Below are positions 42,876 through 58,012 of a stretch of DNA of 64,000 bases, in pieces. The stretch's first letter is position 1; every line of letters starts with the position of its first letter. A program made the position numbers and the translations under genes. This stretch comes from an uncultured Armatimonadia bacterium. Its GTDB lineage: Bacteria > Armatimonadota > Zipacnadia > CAVVLO01. The notes beneath the pieces are model-generated. The model did no database searches. It saw nothing but the letters and a program-made list of their open reading frames with translations, and was not told where the DNA came from. The stretch is taken from positions 704,001 to 768,000 of the forward strand of contig CAVVLO010000001.1 in assembly GCA_963749155.1 (NCBI GenBank), given 5' to 3'.

Positions 42876-45800
42876 ATGAAAGCTGGAACCAGAAGCGCGC
42901 TTGGGATAATTCTACTTTGCTGTCTGATTGGACTGGCCTGGGCTGCCGATAACCCGCTGACTGAGGGCAAGTTTGGGCAGGCGCTCAATTTTGGCAAGGG
43001 CTTCACTCAGGCGAGTTTCGAACCGGGTGAGGCTTTCTCCGAGCTTCCAGTCACAATCGAGTGCTGGGTAAAACTGACTCAGAAGACCTCCTACAACATT
43101 GTGCTGGCCCAGGCGCCGAAGTCGGAGTTGCACTGGGAGATCTACACTCGCCCCGGTGATGGGGCAGTGGCTCTTTATATCCCACGCAATGGCACGGTCG
43201 AACAGGTGTCACAGACGCTGATTGCCGACAGCGCCTGGCATTTCCTGGCCCTCAGGCTCGAGACGAGGCGCGCATCACTATATGTAGATGGCAAACTGAC
43301 GGTCGATATGCCCTCCGCGGTGGATACCTATTTCGGTAGTGCTCCGGTTATGATTGGGGCGCTGGACGACTATTCCTTGAGATCCAGCGGGGCTTTTGAT
43401 GAGCTGAAGCTCAGCCGGGGCAGCTTCCCCCTGGAAGGTTATGTGCCCACTGGGCCAGCTGAGGCAGACGCAGGCACACTCTTCCTCTTCTCTTTCGATG
43501 CCCTGGAGGAGGGGGCAATTCCGGAAGCGAGTGGCAAGACGAAGGCGCTAATTCGCAATCCCATGAGCCCGCCGGTCGGCACAGTATTCCTCGATGAGGT
43601 GCAAGATGCGGCCTACCAGGCTTCTGCCTTGTTCGGCGATGCCTGGGTAGAGGCCGAAAGCAAGCTGCCGGTCATACGGCTGGAAAGCAGCCCTTGCGCG
43701 GCTCCTGAGGCCTTCTATACGCCCGACCTGTTGTCGCTAAAGGGCAATGTGGCTGATGCAAGGCGCAGGCGCCAGAGCGACGGCAGATGAGCTGAAAGGT
43801 CTAAATCCAAGGGAAAGCGAGGGGGTGGTTAAGCGCTGGTTCGATCCCAGGACTGATCGCGCAACCTGGGTGAAGGCTGAAGTGCCGACCTCGGTCCAAA
43901 GCGCCCTGATCAAGGCTGGATTGCTGGCAGATCCCCTCTGGTTCGACAACACATATAAGGAATTGGAAGAATTCGGCACTCCGAAAGAGCTGCCCTGGGT
44001 CAACCGCAAGACGCGCATCGAGCAGCAAGAGTGGTGGTTCGCGCGCGAATTCGAGTTGCCTGTGAGTTGGCAGGGCAAGCGGACCCGGCTGTATTTCGAT
44101 GGCATCGACTATTCGGGCTCTGTCTACCTTAATGGCAAGCCCCTCGGTTACCAGGAGGGGATGTTCGGAGGCCCGAGTTTTGACGTGACCAGACTGCTTG
44201 AGCCAGGCGACTCCAACGAGGTCGTAGTGCGGCTGGACAAGGTGCCGCAGACCTGGTTCGGGCACCTCAAAGGCAGTCCCGGCTGGGGCTGGCATTACGG
44301 CCACCTTATCTCGACGGGCATCTGGCGGGAAGTGAGGCTGGAGGCAGTGCCCGAGGTCGAGGTGCAAAGCCCTGCTGTAAGGACGCTCAAGCTGGATGGG
44401 AGCGACGCCGACCTCGAGTGCGAGTTCTATTTGGAGAACCTCACAGGCGCCGAGAGGCAGCTTGAGGTCGTATTCACTTTCGAGCCGGCCAATTTCGAAG
44501 GCGCAGGTCAGAGCTTCAGTTGTCAGGTAAAGGCCTGGCCTGGCAGGCACCGCTACGCAACCAGCTTCAGGCTGGCAGATGCGCAGCTTTGGTGGCCTGT
44601 AAACTACGGCGAACAGAATCTCTACAACCTGCAACTGACAGGGTTGGAGGTCGGCCAGGCGACCTGCGGGGCGACCACGCGCTTTGGCGTCCGGACGCTT
44701 GAGATGCGCCCGCTATTGGGCTCGCAGGCGAGGGTAGATTATCGCTGGCAGTTCGTGGTGAATGGGGTACCGCTCTTCATCAAAGGCGCCAACTGGTGCT
44801 GGTTCGACGTGATGCTGGAGCAGGACCCGGCCAAGTACGAACGCATCCTCGAACTGGCAAAACGTGGCGGAATCCAGATGTTCCGCGCCTGGGGTGGGGG
44901 TATCATCGAGTCGGATATCTTCTATGACAAGTGCGATGAGAAAGGCCTGCTGGTGTATCAGGAGTTTCCCTACTGCTGGATGCCGCCGGACTTCCCGCTG
45001 ACCCGAGGCGAGGTGCTGGACCAGCAGGTCAGCCGCGTGGTGAAGCGACTGCGCAACCACCCCAGCCTGCTGATGTGGGGCGGAGGCAACGAGAACGTCG
45101 CCCCGACCGGCGCGGACGAGGGGCTCTTCCTGGTGGGCAAACGCTGCCGGGAGTATGATCCTACTCGCCCCTACCACCGCACCGATCCGTGGGGCGGCAG
45201 CATCCACAACTGGAATGTCTTCCACGGTGGGGCGCCAATTGATGCCGGTTACAGTGCAACGCCTAGTGTCTTCTTCGGTGAATACGGGCTGCCGTCAATG
45301 CCCAATCAATTAAGCCAAAAGAAATTCTTGCCCGAGGAAGCGCTGGCCCACTGGCCGCCGACCGCAGAGGACAAAGGCGTCATCGCCCACCTCAATCAGT
45401 TCGATCTGCGCGACCTGGTTAAGGTGCTCAGGTACTGCGATTATGGGCCGGTGAAGGACTGGGCCGACTACACCGAGCAGTCTCAGCTTGCGCAGGGCGA
45501 TGGGCTGCGCTTTGCGGCCGAGCTGCAGCGCAGGTACAGCTACCAGAACAAGAGTGGCTTCTGGTTCTACAAGTTCACGGACCTGTTCCCTGGCCATTCC
45601 TGGGCGGTGCTGGACTATTACGGCAATCCGAAGCTGTCTTACTACCGGGCCAAGCAGACCTGCAAGCCGCAGTCGGCCTTCGCCAGTTATGAGAAGTTCG
45701 ACTGGCGCGGGGAGGAAAGCTTCCGCTTTGAACTGTCCCTGGGCAATGACACGAGCCAGCCACTGGAAGGCGCAAAAGTGAAAGCGACTCTCTTCGGCAG

Positions 45801-46365
45801 CGACCTGGCGCCGTTCTGGAACCAGGAGTTTTCCCCCGAGCCAGTTGCTGCGGCCTCTTGCGCGCTGCTTGGAGAATTCGATGTGCCGATACCGGAGGGC
45901 AAAAGCGAGCCTTTCCTGCTTGGCGTCCGGCTGGAGGGGGCTGAGGGCAAGCTGCTCTCAGACCAGTGGTACTGGCTGAACTTCGCACACGATACAGAGC
46001 CTATCCTGAAGTATGAGAACGTCGGACCGTATGATTATCCGGCAACTGACCTGCCTGACGCCTTCGCTGCGTATGCCGAGGACAGGCCTGCCCCCTTGAT
46101 GAGCCTGCCGCGCACCGAGCTTGCGGTCAGCCGAGAAGGCACGATGCGCAAGGGAGAGTTCGTAATCACTAATGAGGGGGAGCTGCCAGCCTTCAACGTG
46201 CAGGTGAGTGAGTTCCCAGGCGGTTTCGAAGATTTCCTGGGCGACAACAGCTTCTGCCTGTGGCCGCACGAGACGCGCCGGGTCAGCTATGAACTGGGCG
46301 AGGGGGCTTCCCTTGCCGGCCTTACCATCGGAGCGTGGAACGCGGATGCAGTGGCGGTCCAATAA
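42876..46365 (+). CDS. Secreted LamG/ConA domain plus glycoside hydrolase family 2 (beta-mannosidase-like); frameshift near 43745
   Basis: TIECWVK...WHFLA (LamG); FDGIDY, FIKGANW, FRAWGGG, NHPSLLMWGGGNE. Confidence 0.88.
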
Positions 46366-46395
46366 GGACTGCATCTGGGACTGGATGGCATCCAG

Positions 46396-46424
46396 AAAGG
46401 GGGCGGCCCAGGCCGTCCCCTTTG
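46396..46424. terminator. Hairpin between convergent genes
   Basis: AAAGGGGGCGGCC-CA-GGCCGTCCCCTTT. Confidence 0.6.
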
Positions 46425-46428
46425 TATG

Positions 46429-48124
46429 TCAAAGACTTTCGATTGTTCTCTTGAGCACAGTGACCTTGCAGGCAAGGAACTCGCCACAGTGGTTGCCGAC
46501 CCAGGTGGGGAAGGGCGGCAGGTCGAACCGGGTAGCAAACTCATATCCTAGTCGTTCATCCAGCAGCAACTGGTAGTAATGAGTGACGGTCGGGAAGGCA
46601 TCGGGATCCATAAAGAAGCGGTCGGTCAGAAGAGAGGACACGACAATCCAGTCAGGCGAACGCGCAGCAAGCGCCTCGGGAGTGGCGAAGGCAAGCCAGG
46701 TGTCGAGGCGTTGCTGGTTTTCGCGCTGGCGTTTGTCGAGTTCGACCAGGCTGGTCTCTTCGGGGATATTGCGGAACTTGTCATAGGCAAGGGTCAGTTG
46801 TCTGAACCACTCGGGAGAGGGCGGCAGAGAGCCCGTATAAGGTGATTCGATGGTCGGCTGGCCTTCAGGCAGTTCTGGGCCATACCGGGTAATTTCGACC
46901 AGATCGCCTGGGTCAAGTGCTCGAACAAGCCAGGCACTAGCGGCATCACGAGGCTCCCGCACCAGGCAATAATCCACAGTCACCGAGAGAGTCAGTGAGC
47001 CGGCAAGCAACACGGCTGGCAGCACCCAGGCAAATTTTGGGACTCGCCGATACAGAGCTAGATATCCAAATCCTGCAAGCAGAGCGCAGGCCGGCAGCAC
47101 GGGAAGCCGATACCTGTTCACGAAGGTGTGAGTGCCTGCAAAAAGTAGCCAGGTCAGCAGGCCGAAGGCAAAAGTTGGAAATATCGCACCTCTCCACTTG
47201 CGCGCGAAGGCCGCTGGAAGGCCGATTAGTGAGAGCAGAAGCGCAGGGCCGAAGCAATAGGCAAGAGTAAAATCAAGTGGATAAGTGGCCCCCCAGTTGA
47301 AGCCATCCCAGCCGGTCTTCGTCCGCATACTGTTGGCAGCTTGTTGGGCGAACCACTGGGCAGGCTCCACCAGCGCATAGGGGGTGCCGGCAAAGTAGGT
47401 CAGGCCAAAGATAAATATCAGTCCTGCAAGCCGGCGGCCTGTGCGGGCTGGCCAGCGAGGCGATCCTTCGGGCCGGCCGATGAAGTGAGCAGCGAGCAGA
47501 AGCGGGAGCAGCAAGCCGGCGCTCAGCTTGATGCTGGAGGCAAAGCCAGCAGCAAGGGCGGCCCAATAGAGCAAGTCGTAGCGACCTGTTTTAAGGGCTC
47601 GCGCAAGGGCAACCAGGGCAAGCAGACTCCAGAACACCACAGGTATGTCGGTGGTTGCGTAATGGGCGAGGTTAACCTGAAGGGGGGCAAAGGCGAGGCT
47701 TGTGGCGGCGATGGAGGCAGCTGCAAGGTTCCCGGTGATTAGCCAGACCAGCGCGAAAAGAAGGCCAACGCAGGCGATACCCATCAGCGCGCCCAAAAGT
47801 CGCGCGGTCAGATAGATGGCGCGCTCTACCTTTACCGGATCAGCCTGGGCCATAGCAATCGCAGGCGCGGCCACCAGCAGGATACAATAGGTATGGAAGC
47901 TGCCATAGATATAACCCTGAGGGCGAAGACTGCCAGCCGCAAGCATCTTGAGGGCGTTGTCGGGCAACTCGTCGGGGTGGTAATTCCGGTCAGCCGGCAG
48001 GCCCAAGACCCCAGTTCAGGCCGACCAGTTGAAGGCAGGCAGACAGGGCAAGTAGCAGCACAAGCAGCAGCAGGCCGCTGCGGCCAAGAGCTGGTAACGC
48101 TGGGCTAGGAGTATGGACTTCCAC
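46429..48124 (-). CDS. ArnT/PMT-like (GT39/GT83) membrane glycosyltransferase; frameshift near 48008
   Basis: GGAGG and GTG at 48124; NWGLP...YHPDE, AHYATTD, RYRLP; multiple TM helices. Confidence 0.8.
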
Positions 48125-48191
48125 AGGGCCTCCGTCTTATAATAAGGATAGCAAAAGTGACGCATCAGGAGCCTAGTGAAGGGCGGCTCCG

Positions 48192-48252
48192 GAAAAAAAG
48201 TTCGACAAAAAGGGTGAAACCCCTTGCACAGAGAGGGGCGGTCTGTTATATT
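48192..48252 (+). promoter_or_regulatory. rRNA promoter P1 with A-tract UP element
   Basis: TTGCAC(48224)-17-TATATT(48247), GC-rich discriminator. Confidence 0.7.
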
Positions 48253-48344
48253 CACCCTCGCCACCGCTGAGGAGCGGAGGCAACGCCGAAAGATCCCTCC
48301 CGCCGAGAGCACCAGTCGGCTTAGGCTGACCGCAAGAAGCGGGG

Positions 48345-48420
48345 TTGACAGGGAGCTTCGGACGGAGTAAAGTCTAGTTTTGCGAGACGGCGGCAACGCC
48401 GCGCAAATGCTGGTTGACAA
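48345..48420 (+). promoter_or_regulatory. rRNA promoter P2 and boxA-like antitermination site
   Basis: TTGACA(48345)-17-TAAAGT(48368); TGCTGGTTGACAA at 48408. Confidence 0.7.
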
Positions 48421-48493
48421 TTGCATAGAGGAAACGGGTTAAAGCGTAATCATAGGTATTAACACCTACCTCTGATAATATTCAGGGATAGGT

Positions 48494-51484
<2,991 letters not shown>

Positions 51485-51545
51485 CTTACCCACCAGCAAT
51501 AATTACGCTCTGGCCCGTTTTCCTCTATGCAATTTTCACCAGTTT

Positions 51546-51662
51546 TCCTGGCGACCATAGGAGAGGGGAAACACCCGTTCCCATTCCGAACACGGCAGTT
51601 AAGCCCTCTTCCGCCGATGGTACTGCGACGTTAGGTCGTGGGAGAGTAGGTAGTCGCCAGGA
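51546..51662 (+). rRNA. rrf: 5S ribosomal RNA
   Basis: CCTGGCGACCATAG...CCCATTCCGAACACG...GGGAGAGTAGGTAGTCGCCAGG. Confidence 0.97.
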
Positions 51663-51700
51663 TTTTTTTTGCTCCAAACCGTAGTGTACAGCTACGACTA

Positions 51701-51736
51701 GCAGGGTCACCTTTCGAGGTGGCCCTGTTTTTGTTT
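51701..51736 (+). terminator. rRNA operon intrinsic terminator
   Basis: CAGGGTCACCT-TTCG-AGGTGGCCCTG-TTTTTGTTT. Confidence 0.88.
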
Positions 51737-51789
51737 GTCTCCCTTTTGGCCCCGCAGTTTGCGCAGGAATTGAAGATCACGCACCGAAC

Positions 51790-53886
51790 TTGTTGAAGCG
51801 ACTCCAAAGAGTGGATCTTCGCCGCAGGGAGCAGCCACCCAGGTTGTCCAAACTGGCTCGAAGCTTTTTCTCATACGCACTACTTGGCGCTCTCGTACTC
51901 AGTCTTGGAGTGGGAGGCAACGCAGTGGCAGCAAAACTGGAGCGAGATCTAAATCTTACTGATAAGACTTTGGTCGCCTGGGTCAGGCTTGCCGATCTCG
52001 ACCAGCGAGGCGGCAGCGCGATGACCGTGGATAATCTAACTGGCGGCTTCGATGGACTGGTGTATGGAGAGCTGGCCCCCAGGCGCTGGATGCCAGGCAG
52101 CGACCTTTTTCAGCGCACCCCCGCGGCTTCAGTCCAGGAAGCCTGGTCCGAGGAGACTGCAACCCCTGATGAACTGATCCAGATGGCGGCGGTCTACAGG
52201 GGTGGCGAGATATCTCTATATCGTAGTGGAGAGCTTTATGCGCATCATACAACCGAGGCGCCCCTTGCCTTTTCTTCTGCTTTCGCTGTGATTTTCGGGC
52301 TGCGTCATCTGGGCGCTTATGGCGGACAAGTCTACCTGACTGGCGAGATCGAAGAGGCGCGTCTTTATGCGGAGCCACTGACCAAAAGTCAGCTCAGAGC
52401 GTTAGAACTGGGCAAAGCCTCGGAAGGGCGACTCCTGGGTTGGTGGACCTTTGAAGGGGACGAGGTTAAGGACCTGATGGGGAACTTCCCCCCCGGCAAG
52501 CTAGTGGGTGAGGCGCGCGTTAAAAATGGCGCGCTCAAACTTGCAGGGACTGGGAGTTATTGTGTTGTCTCGGCAGGCTCACTTATAGAGCCGATGCACT
52601 TCAGGCCAGCGATGGGAGTCTTTGCCGATCCGATACCTCTGTATGCGAACGGTGAATATCACGTTTTCTATTTGCTGGGTGGGGCTGGCCACGTGACCTG
52701 GGAGCATCTCGTCTCCACCGACCTGGTTCACTGGAAAGAGCTACCGACCGCGCTTGCGCCTACCCTTTCGGAGCCAGAAAGCGCCGATGGGTTCTTTATG
52801 TTTACCGGCAGCGCGCTTGAAGCCGAGGGGCAGTTCCATATCTTCTACACAGGGCACAACCCGCGCAATCCGAAGGGGCTCGAGTTCGTCCTGCACGCCA
52901 CAAGTGATGACCTGATAACCTGGAAAAAGGACCGCGGGTTTGAGCTTGCGCCGGAGGGAATCATCTACAACAACGCTCCGCAGCATAATTTTCGCGATCC
53001 CTATGTCTTTTTCGAGGAGAAAGAAGGCCTTTACTGGCTGGTCGTCATTGGAGATGAGCTCGCAACTGGCAAGCAGGTGCAAGGGTTGTTCGTCTCTGAG
53101 GATCTGAAACACTGGACGGCCAGACCTCCTCTGATTGATGCGCCCGGGCAGGAATGTCCCGACCTCTTCCAGATCGGCGACCTGTGGTATCTGATAGGGG
53201 GAGACCAGTATACCTGGGCCAGGCAGCCCGAGGGGCCATACTACGCAGCGCCAGTTTCAGGCCAGTTTGACAGGCCAGGAGTTTATGCGGCCAAGCGGCT
53301 TTTCGATGGCAAGCGGCATATCTGGTGGGGCTGGCTTTGGGACCGGGCGGGACATAAAGACGAGGGTCAGGGCCAATGGGGCGGCGTGATGTGCCTGCCT
53401 AGGGAGGTCTATGCGGGGCCTGCGGGGCAGCTCTATATGAAGCCGGTAGACGAGTATGTGGCAGTTTTCAACAAAGTGGAAAAGTTATTGGTTGAAAGAA
53501 CAAGGCTGCCTGCGGAGCTTGCGGCGCCGGCAGACTATCTGCTTGAAGCAGAGGTGAAGCTTGCGGCAGGGGCGAAGGTGCAATTCCGGCTGCGCCAGCC
53601 GACCGAAGGCGAAGGGGGCTATATCCTGAGCCTCGATCAGGGCGCGGGCAGACTGGCACTCTCGGGACCTGGCTTCCTTTTCGAGCGGCCTTGTCCGGTA
53701 GAAGCAGGGCAGCCAGTGAAGGTGCAGGCTTTTCTGCTGGGCAGTTGCCTCGAGTGCTTCGTAGACGACAAGTGGGCGCTTTCGTGCAGAGCGTATGACT
53801 TCCGCGAAGGAAGCCTGAAGATTGTGGCTGAGGGCGCCTTTGAGTTGAATAAACTGGAATTAAGGACGCCAGATGGCACTAGCTAG
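51790..53886 (+). CDS. LamG-like domain plus glycoside hydrolase family 32 (start uncertain)
   Basis: HFRP...ADPIP, FTGS, FRDPYVF, ECPDLF, LPRE, C-terminal beta-sandwich. Confidence 0.85.
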   Translation: MLKRLQRVDLRRREQPPRLSKLARSFFSYALLGALVLSLGVGGNAVAAKLERDLNLTDKTLVAWVRLADLDQRGGSAMTVDNLTGGFDGLVYGELAPRRWMPGSDLFQRTPAASVQEAWSEETATPDELIQMAAVYRGGEISLYRSGELYAHHTTEAPLAFSSAFAVIFGLRHLGAYGGQVYLTGEIEEARLYAEPLTKSQLRALELGKASEGRLLGWWTFEGDEVKDLMGNFPPGKLVGEARVKNGALKLAGTGSYCVVSAGSLIEPMHFRPAMGVFADPIPLYANGEYHVFYLLGGAGHVTWEHLVSTDLVHWKELPTALAPTLSEPESADGFFMFTGSALEAEGQFHIFYTGHNPRNPKGLEFVLHATSDDLITWKKDRGFELAPEGIIYNNAPQHNFRDPYVFFEEKEGLYWLVVIGDELATGKQVQGLFVSEDLKHWTARPPLIDAPGQECPDLFQIGDLWYLIGGDQYTWARQPEGPYYAAPVSGQFDRPGVYAAKRLFDGKRHIWWGWLWDRAGHKDEGQGQWGGVMCLPREVYAGPAGQLYMKPVDEYVAVFNKVEKLLVERTRLPAELAAPADYLLEAEVKLAAGAKVQFRLRQPTEGEGGYILSLDQGAGRLALSGPGFLFERPCPVEAGQPVKVQAFLLGSCLECFVDDKWALSCRAYDFREGSLKIVAEGAFELNKLELRTPDGTS

Positions 53887-56192
53887 TGCAAGATTTGTGA
53901 TTTCTGCTTGTATATTGGTATCAGGTATGGCCTTGGGAGGCGCTTGGGCCGAGATGCAACCAACTGAAAGGGGTTTCTGGACGACCACCTCGTGGGGCTG
54001 GGCGCAGGTAGAGTGCTGGTCAGAGCATGTCCTGCGCGTGCAGGCAGGGCCAGAGGGCACTGGGCCGCGGGCTCCAGGGCTTGCCGTGGTCGGTAAGCCT
54101 GCTCAGGGACCGAAGGTGCAACTCACCGAAAGCGCTCATACAGCCGGCGCGAGCTCGGGCAAGTTGGCTGCGAGTCTGGATTCTGCCTCAGGCAAGCTGG
54201 AAGTACTGTGGGAAGGTGGTCAGCAAGAACTGCAGCTGAGGGTTGGAGAAGGTGGCGATGCGACCGTGGCGCTGCCGGCTGAGGCAGAGGAGGCCTTCTT
54301 TGGTGTGGGGCTGCAGTTCAAGAGCTTGAACCATCGGGGCAAGCGGTTGCAGGTTTATACCCATGGCGGGCCAGAAGCCGACGGGCGCACCCACTTCGTT
54401 GCGCCGATGTATATCTCGAGCGCAGGCTATCTGCTGTTTGCCAATTCGCCCGGGTATACAGAATTCGACTTCGCAGCGGCTGATACGAGTTTGGTGCAGA
54501 TTCAACTGAAGGAGCAGGTGGTTGATTTCTTCTTGCTGGTGGGCGAGGAGCCCAGGCAACTGGTGGCCGAATATGCGCGTCTGACAGGGAAGCCGGCGCT
54601 GCCTGCCAGGTGGGGGCTTGGCTTCTGGTATCGCACCAAGTCCGGCTGGGCAGAGGACGAAGTCAAGGCCAAGCTGCTCAAATACCGCGAGCTGGGTTAT
54701 CCCTGTGATGTGCTCGGGCTGGAACCTAGCTGGCAGACGCATACTTATCCATGCACCTATGTCTGGAACAGGAACGACTTCCCCGACCCGGCCGAGTTCA
54801 TCGGTTGGCTGGACGAGCATGGGTTCCGGCTGAATCTGTGGGAGCATGCCTGGGTGCATAACGAGGCGCCCTTTGCCGAGGCTATCAGGCCTTATTCGGC
54901 GGACAAACCGGCAATGGGCGGGCTTGTGCCAGATTTCAGGCTGCCCGAGGCGCGCGAGCTGTTCGCGAGTTATCATGACAGCGAACTTGTCGCTCAGGGA
55001 GTCGAAGGCTTCAAGTTTGATGAGTGCGATGGGGGCGACTGGTTTTTTCCGGATGACACGACCTTCCCTACAGGCGATAAAGGTTATGAGAGGCGCAATA
55101 CTTACGGTTTCGAGTATCAGCAGCTTGTGACTGACCTCTACAAGGCGCGCGACCTTCGCACCTATTGCCTGGTCAGGGCCAACTTCGCGGGCGGACAGCG
55201 GTTCCCAACCTGCATCTACTCGGATCACTACGACTTCCGTGACTATGTGCGCGCGCTTGCGAATTCGGGATTCGGCGACATCCTCTGGTGCCCGGAGGTG
55301 CGCGAGTCGGGCAATCCAGAACACTTCGCGCGCAGGCTCGAGGTGGCGTTCTTCTCCCCGCTTGCGATGATCAACTCGTGGGCGAGTGGCGAGGCGCCGT
55401 GGGAATACGGGCCGCTGGCAGATGAAGTATTCAAGCGATACGGGCAGCTCAGGATGCGGTTAATCCCTTATCTCTATTCGTGTTTCTACCAGGCGCATCA
55501 GTCAGGAGAACCCGTATTCCGGGCCTTGTGGCTTGACTGGCCGGAGGATGAGGCAACGCGCGAGGTTGATGACGAGTATCTGGTTGGGCCTGCGCTGCTA
55601 GTGGCGCCTGTCTTCGAAGGCACAAGCAGGCAGGTCTATCTGCCCGAGGGCTTGTGGCGCGACTTCTGGACGGGCAAGCGCTATGAGGGACCGGTTCGTA
55701 TTGAGTATGAAGCGCCTGTTGATTTGCTTCCCCTGTTTGTGAAAGCGGGCCAGGTGCTGGTGTATGGGCCAGGGGGAAATTATGTAGGCGAACTGGCCGA
55801 TTCGCTACGCGAAATTGAGCTGACTGCCGGGGCTGAGGGAAATTTCACCCTCTTCGATGACGATGGCGAGAGCTATGCTTATGAACGCGGCCAGTGTCTG
55901 GTGCGACATATGACTTATCGCGAGCGGTCTGGCCAGTGGCGCCTTGGAATCAATAAAGAACAGGGCGAGTGGACTCCAGCCCCAACGCGTTATGTGGTGA
56001 GACGATATGGGCCGATGCCAGGCCAGGTGCTGGTAAACGGCGTGGAAGCAGCCCAGATTGAAGAAGCAGGTGAGCCTGTTACCACGCCTTGTTGGACTTA
56101 TGAACCGGGCAAAAGAGTGTTTGACCGTTTACTGTGGAACTCTAGATAACCAGGAACCACTTGTGATCGCAGGTTACGAGCAAGCAAACTAG
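53873..56192 (+). CDS. Glycoside hydrolase family 31 (alpha-xylosidase/glucosidase-like); probable frameshift near 56117
   Basis: LTGKPALPARWGLGFW, GFKFDECD, LRMRLIPYLY, VYLPEGLWRDFWTG, DDDGESYAYE. Confidence 0.88.
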
Positions 56193-56196
56193 CTGT

Positions 56197-56226
56197 TTGA
56201 CAGGCTTTGGGGCGGCTCCGTATACT
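56197..56226 (+). promoter_or_regulatory. Sigma70-type promoter
   Basis: TTGACA-18-TATACT upstream of the GGAGG RBS of 56255. Confidence 0.65.
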
Positions 56227-56254
56227 GCCCTAAACGAGTCCCGGAGGAACGCAG

Positions 56255-57073
56255 ATGGCTGACCAAGACCGGCCCGGTGCCATTCCCGTAGAGACCGTCA
56301 CCTACAACCAGCCCAGGCAGGAGCGCAACACTCTGGCCTGGACCTTCGCCTTGCTATTCCTGATTGCGGTCATACTGCTTGCCGTGCTTTGGCTGCGGTA
56401 TGACGCGGCGAAGAATAAACTGGCTGCGGTGCGGCAGGCTCAAATCACTTTCAGCAACCAGCTCGCAACAGCGCTAGGTGGAGAACTTGACCTGGCTCAG
56501 GCAGACGCCGAAGCTTTGAATTATGGCCTGGCGAAAGACAGGCTCGAGGCGCTTCGAGGCCAGCTTGGGGTGCTTTCCGCACTGGCGGCAGGTGATGAAA
56601 ACGCGGCCCAGCTTGATGAAGCCTGGAATGCGTTTACGCAGGCCATCCAGTCCTTGTCGAGTCTCGATCCTGAGGCGCCCGAGAAGCTGAACAAGCTGCG
56701 GACCAAATCCGTATCAGCCTTGCGCGATCTGGCGATGAACTTGCGCGAGCAGGGAGGCGAGCAGGCGGAGGAAGTGAAGTCCTTCGAAGAACCCGCTCCG
56801 CGCCCGCTAGAGCGCCCCGGGAGGCCCGCAACGCCAGAGACGGCTCCCGCAGCACCGCCAGCGCCTGCGCCTGCGGTAACCAACCCGCCGGTGGCGCCGC
56901 CAACCGCGCCGGTCGCTAAACCTGCAAGCCCACCAGTTCCGAAAAACCAGCCGGGGCCTGGCTCAACGCCAGCTCCAGGCGTAGCGCCCGCACCAGGGCA
57001 GCCGTCTGTGCCTGCTACCGCGCCTCCAAGTGGCGCGCCCAAGCCGCCGGCGCCAGCGCCGGCCGGAGTATAA
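56255..57073 (+). CDS. Hypothetical bitopic membrane protein with helical domain and Pro/Ala-rich tail
   Basis: Single TM helix; low-complexity PAPAP/PPVAPP C-terminus. Confidence 0.75.
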   Translation: MADQDRPGAIPVETVTYNQPRQERNTLAWTFALLFLIAVILLAVLWLRYDAAKNKLAAVRQAQITFSNQLATALGGELDLAQADAEALNYGLAKDRLEALRGQLGVLSALAAGDENAAQLDEAWNAFTQAIQSLSSLDPEAPEKLNKLRTKSVSALRDLAMNLREQGGEQAEEVKSFEEPAPRPLERPGRPATPETAPAAPPAPAPAVTNPPVAPPTAPVAKPASPPVPKNQPGPGSTPAPGVAPAPGQPSVPATAPPSGAPKPPAPAPAGV

Positions 57074-57152
57074 ATCAAATTAGCTACAATCTGCTTCTCG
57101 AGCCCTGAAGGTTCGAGGAGTGAAGTCGTCACCTCGCCGAGGAGGGTCCAAG

Positions 57153-57998
57153 ATGAGAGTCGCACTCTTGCTTGCTCTGGCAGCGCTGCTGGTAATGCCT
57201 CTGCTTACAGGTTGTGAGGTGGCAACGGGCCAGCAACCACCTGCGGATTTCACCCAGCCGCCCGCCACTAGTGCAGGGCCTGATGGAGCGACCGGACCGA
57301 ACGCAGCACCGGCCCTGCCAGAAAAATCTGAAGACGAGTTGCTCCTCGAGGAATACGGCTACAACGCCGAGGCGCTGGGCAAACAGTATTCCCAGGTGGT
57401 ATCCGCGGCTGGCTCTTTCACGACCCAGTTGCAGAAAGCGCTGGCCAAGAGCGCGACTGCCGACGCCCTGGAGCCGATTATCGTCTCCAGCGAGCGGGCA
57501 ATTGCGCTGGCGCTTGCAAGCAGGTCCACTGCGCTGCTCGCGACTCAGCTTGCGGTCGCCCAGACCCGGATCGAGGCCGGCGAGCTAACCGAAGCCAAGA
57601 GCGCCCTAAAGCTGGCAAAAGCTCTGGCAGGGGCTATCCCCAATCTGGAGAACGGCGCCGATATAGAGGCGTCCATTGTGCTGGGCCTGAACAAGGTGGC
57701 CGCTGACACTAGGGACGAAGCCGCCAAGCATGTCAGCATTGCCTCCAAGCTTATGCCCCCAGCCGCCGATGAAGCCGCAGCCTTGAAAGCCCTGGAGTAC
57801 CTTGCAGGCGCGAAGCAGGCTCTGGCTGCTGGGCAATCTACAATTGCTTCGGCATATGCAGATCTGGCCATCGCCGCAATAAAAGAAATGAAATCCGTCG
57901 CAGGTGAAGCTGCGCCCGCAGGGCAGGCTGAGGGTGCCGCCACTGGCGCAAGTCTCGCGAAGCCGGTCGAGTCGGCCGCCCCAGTCGCACCCAGGTAG
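57153..57998 (+). CDS. Hypothetical Ala-rich helical lipoprotein
   Basis: GGAGG RBS; MRVALLLALAALLVMPLLTG|C lipobox. Confidence 0.75.
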   Translation: MRVALLLALAALLVMPLLTGCEVATGQQPPADFTQPPATSAGPDGATGPNAAPALPEKSEDELLLEEYGYNAEALGKQYSQVVSAAGSFTTQLQKALAKSATADALEPIIVSSERAIALALASRSTALLATQLAVAQTRIEAGELTEAKSALKLAKALAGAIPNLENGADIEASIVLGLNKVAADTRDEAAKHVSIASKLMPPAADEAAALKALEYLAGAKQALAAGQSTIASAYADLAIAAIKEMKSVAGEAAPAGQAEGAATGASLAKPVESAAPVAPR

Positions 57999-58012
57999 CA
58001 GGAGTTGTCGCT

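Noticed and set aside
56790..57070. Possible tandem DNA repeat
   Set aside because: It is low-complexity Pro/Ala coding sequence without exact periodicity.
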